Origin: a bacterium
Lineage (GTDB): Bacteria > Babelota > Babeliae > Babelales > RVW-14
Assembly (NCBI GenBank): GCA_016699045.1
Contig: CP064957.1
Span: 409,784 to 473,783 of the forward strand
Direction of reading: 5' to 3'
Length of the DNA: 64,000 bases
A model generated the notes under the pieces. It saw nothing but the letters and a program-made list of their open reading frames with translations. It was not told the DNA's origin and searched no databases. Each line of letters opens with the position of its first letter. Position 1 is the stretch's first letter. Shown one piece after another: positions 63,183 to 64,000 of the stretch. The position numbers and the translations under genes were made by a program.

Positions 63183-64000
63183 TTATGAACGACCGCAGCA
63201 ATGTTTATATTTCTTTGCTGATCCGCACGAACACAAATCGTTACGCCCTACTTTTGGCGCTTCACGTCGTACCGTTGCCGCATCAGGACTGCCTGAATCG
63301 TCGCCAATCAACTGAACTTCTGAAAGTTCTTTTTCTTTACGTTTTTCAATTTCATGAATTTGAGCAACACTAAAGTCGTCAGGCTTCATTTTGAAAATGC
63401 GGTACACAATGTCCCACATAATTTGGCCCATCATTTTTTCAAATTCAGAAAACGCTTCTTTTTTGTACTCAGTCAGCGGGTTCTTTTGGCCATAACCACG
63501 AAGACCAATACCTTCTTTTAAATGGTCAATGTTTTGCAAATGAATCTTCCACGCTTGATCAACCGTTTCAAGCAAGACCCATTTTTCAGCTTCATCGATA
63601 ATTTCTGGAGAAAGCGAGCCACGATATTGCTCATACTGATAGCACAAAAACTCAGAAATGCTCTGCTGCATTGAAGCATCTTTACTATTTGCTGCATATG
63701 CTTGCGTGAAGTAATGCTTCTCTAAGCCTGTCAAGCGCTCAAGTGCGTGCAAAATCTCTTCCAAGCTTTGCTGATCGCACGAACCTTGCGGACAATGAAT
63801 GGCAAATAAATGATGAACCATATCCGCAATCATATCTCGAACTAAGCCCTTGATCTGGTCAGCACCTTCAAGAATTTCACGGCGATATTGGTAAATAACC
63901 GTACGCTGATTGTTCAACACGTCATCGTACTCAAGCAAATGTTTACGCATATCAAAGTTACGTTTTTCAACTTTTTCTTGAGCCTTTTCAATGCTGCGCG
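63183..64000 (-). CDS. secA: Preprotein translocase ATPase SecA, C-terminal part (5' end outside window)
   Basis: The frame is open to the window edge (..EKAQEKVEKRNFDMRKHLLEYDDVLNNQRTVIYQYRREIL). C-terminal Zn-finger tail CSCGSAKKYKHCCG. Confidence 0.9.
   Translation of the reverse strand, partial: RSIEKAQEKVEKRNFDMRKHLLEYDDVLNNQRTVIYQYRREILEGADQIKGLVRDMIADMVHHLFAIHCPQGSCDQQSLEEILHALERLTGLEKHYFTQAYAANSKDASMQQSISEFLCYQYEQYRGSLSPEIIDEAEKWVLLETVDQAWKIHLQNIDHLKEGIGLRGYGQKNPLTEYKKEAFSEFEKMMGQIMWDIVYRIFKMKPDDFSVAQIHEIEKRKEKELSEVQLIGDDSGSPDAATVRREAPKVGRNDLCSCGSAKKYKHCCGRS

Noticed and set aside
1-64000. A search for CRISPR arrays, rRNA, IS elements, integrases or prophage genes.
   Set aside because: There are no regularly spaced direct repeats and no transposase, integrase or phage structural motifs. 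The only repeats are the two hairpin families and the gene-family duplications.

Overview
This is a gene-dense bacterial chromosomal window, roughly 40% GC by eye and read with the standard genetic code. Conserved housekeeping genes are lon (partial), rpsF-rpsR, typA, murG, uvrC, hup, tRNA-Leu(UAA), tRNA-Cys(GCA), miaB, ychF, an ABC-F ATPase, acs, an NfeD/stomatin pair and secA (partial). Interleaved with these is a large accessory complement. (1) A complete mevalonate pathway is split into three transcription units. Its upper half is archaeal-type (thiolase + HMG-CoA synthase + DUF35) with a class-II HMG-CoA reductase. Its lower half is MVK/PMK/MDD. (2) The toxin-antitoxin modules are an HI0073/HI0074-type MNT/HEPN pair and a ParD-like/RelE-like pair followed by a degenerate MNT. 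(3) Five small ankyrin-repeat proteins all carry Sec signal peptides. (4) Three unrelated families of tandemly duplicated, signal-peptide-bearing proteins of unknown function often end in Lys-rich or Ser/Pro-rich tails. (5) A 1301-aa Cys/Trp-rich secreted protein is built from two ~400-aa tandem repeats, with no domain I can recognise. (6) Two families of extragenic palindromic repeats are present. (7) Several genes have disrupted reading frames: an NhaC-type antiporter, a TPR protein with two compensating shifts, a PhnZ-like HD protein, and possibly an S/P-rich protein. I found no rRNA, CRISPR array, transposase, integrase or prophage. The ankyrins, the eukaryote-like 7-TM PQ-loop protein, the SP/TP-rich tails and the signs of gene decay suggest a host-associated or intracellular bacterium, possibly a Dependentiae/TM6-like lineage. 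That is inference only. All family calls rest on motif recognition by eye, not on searches.
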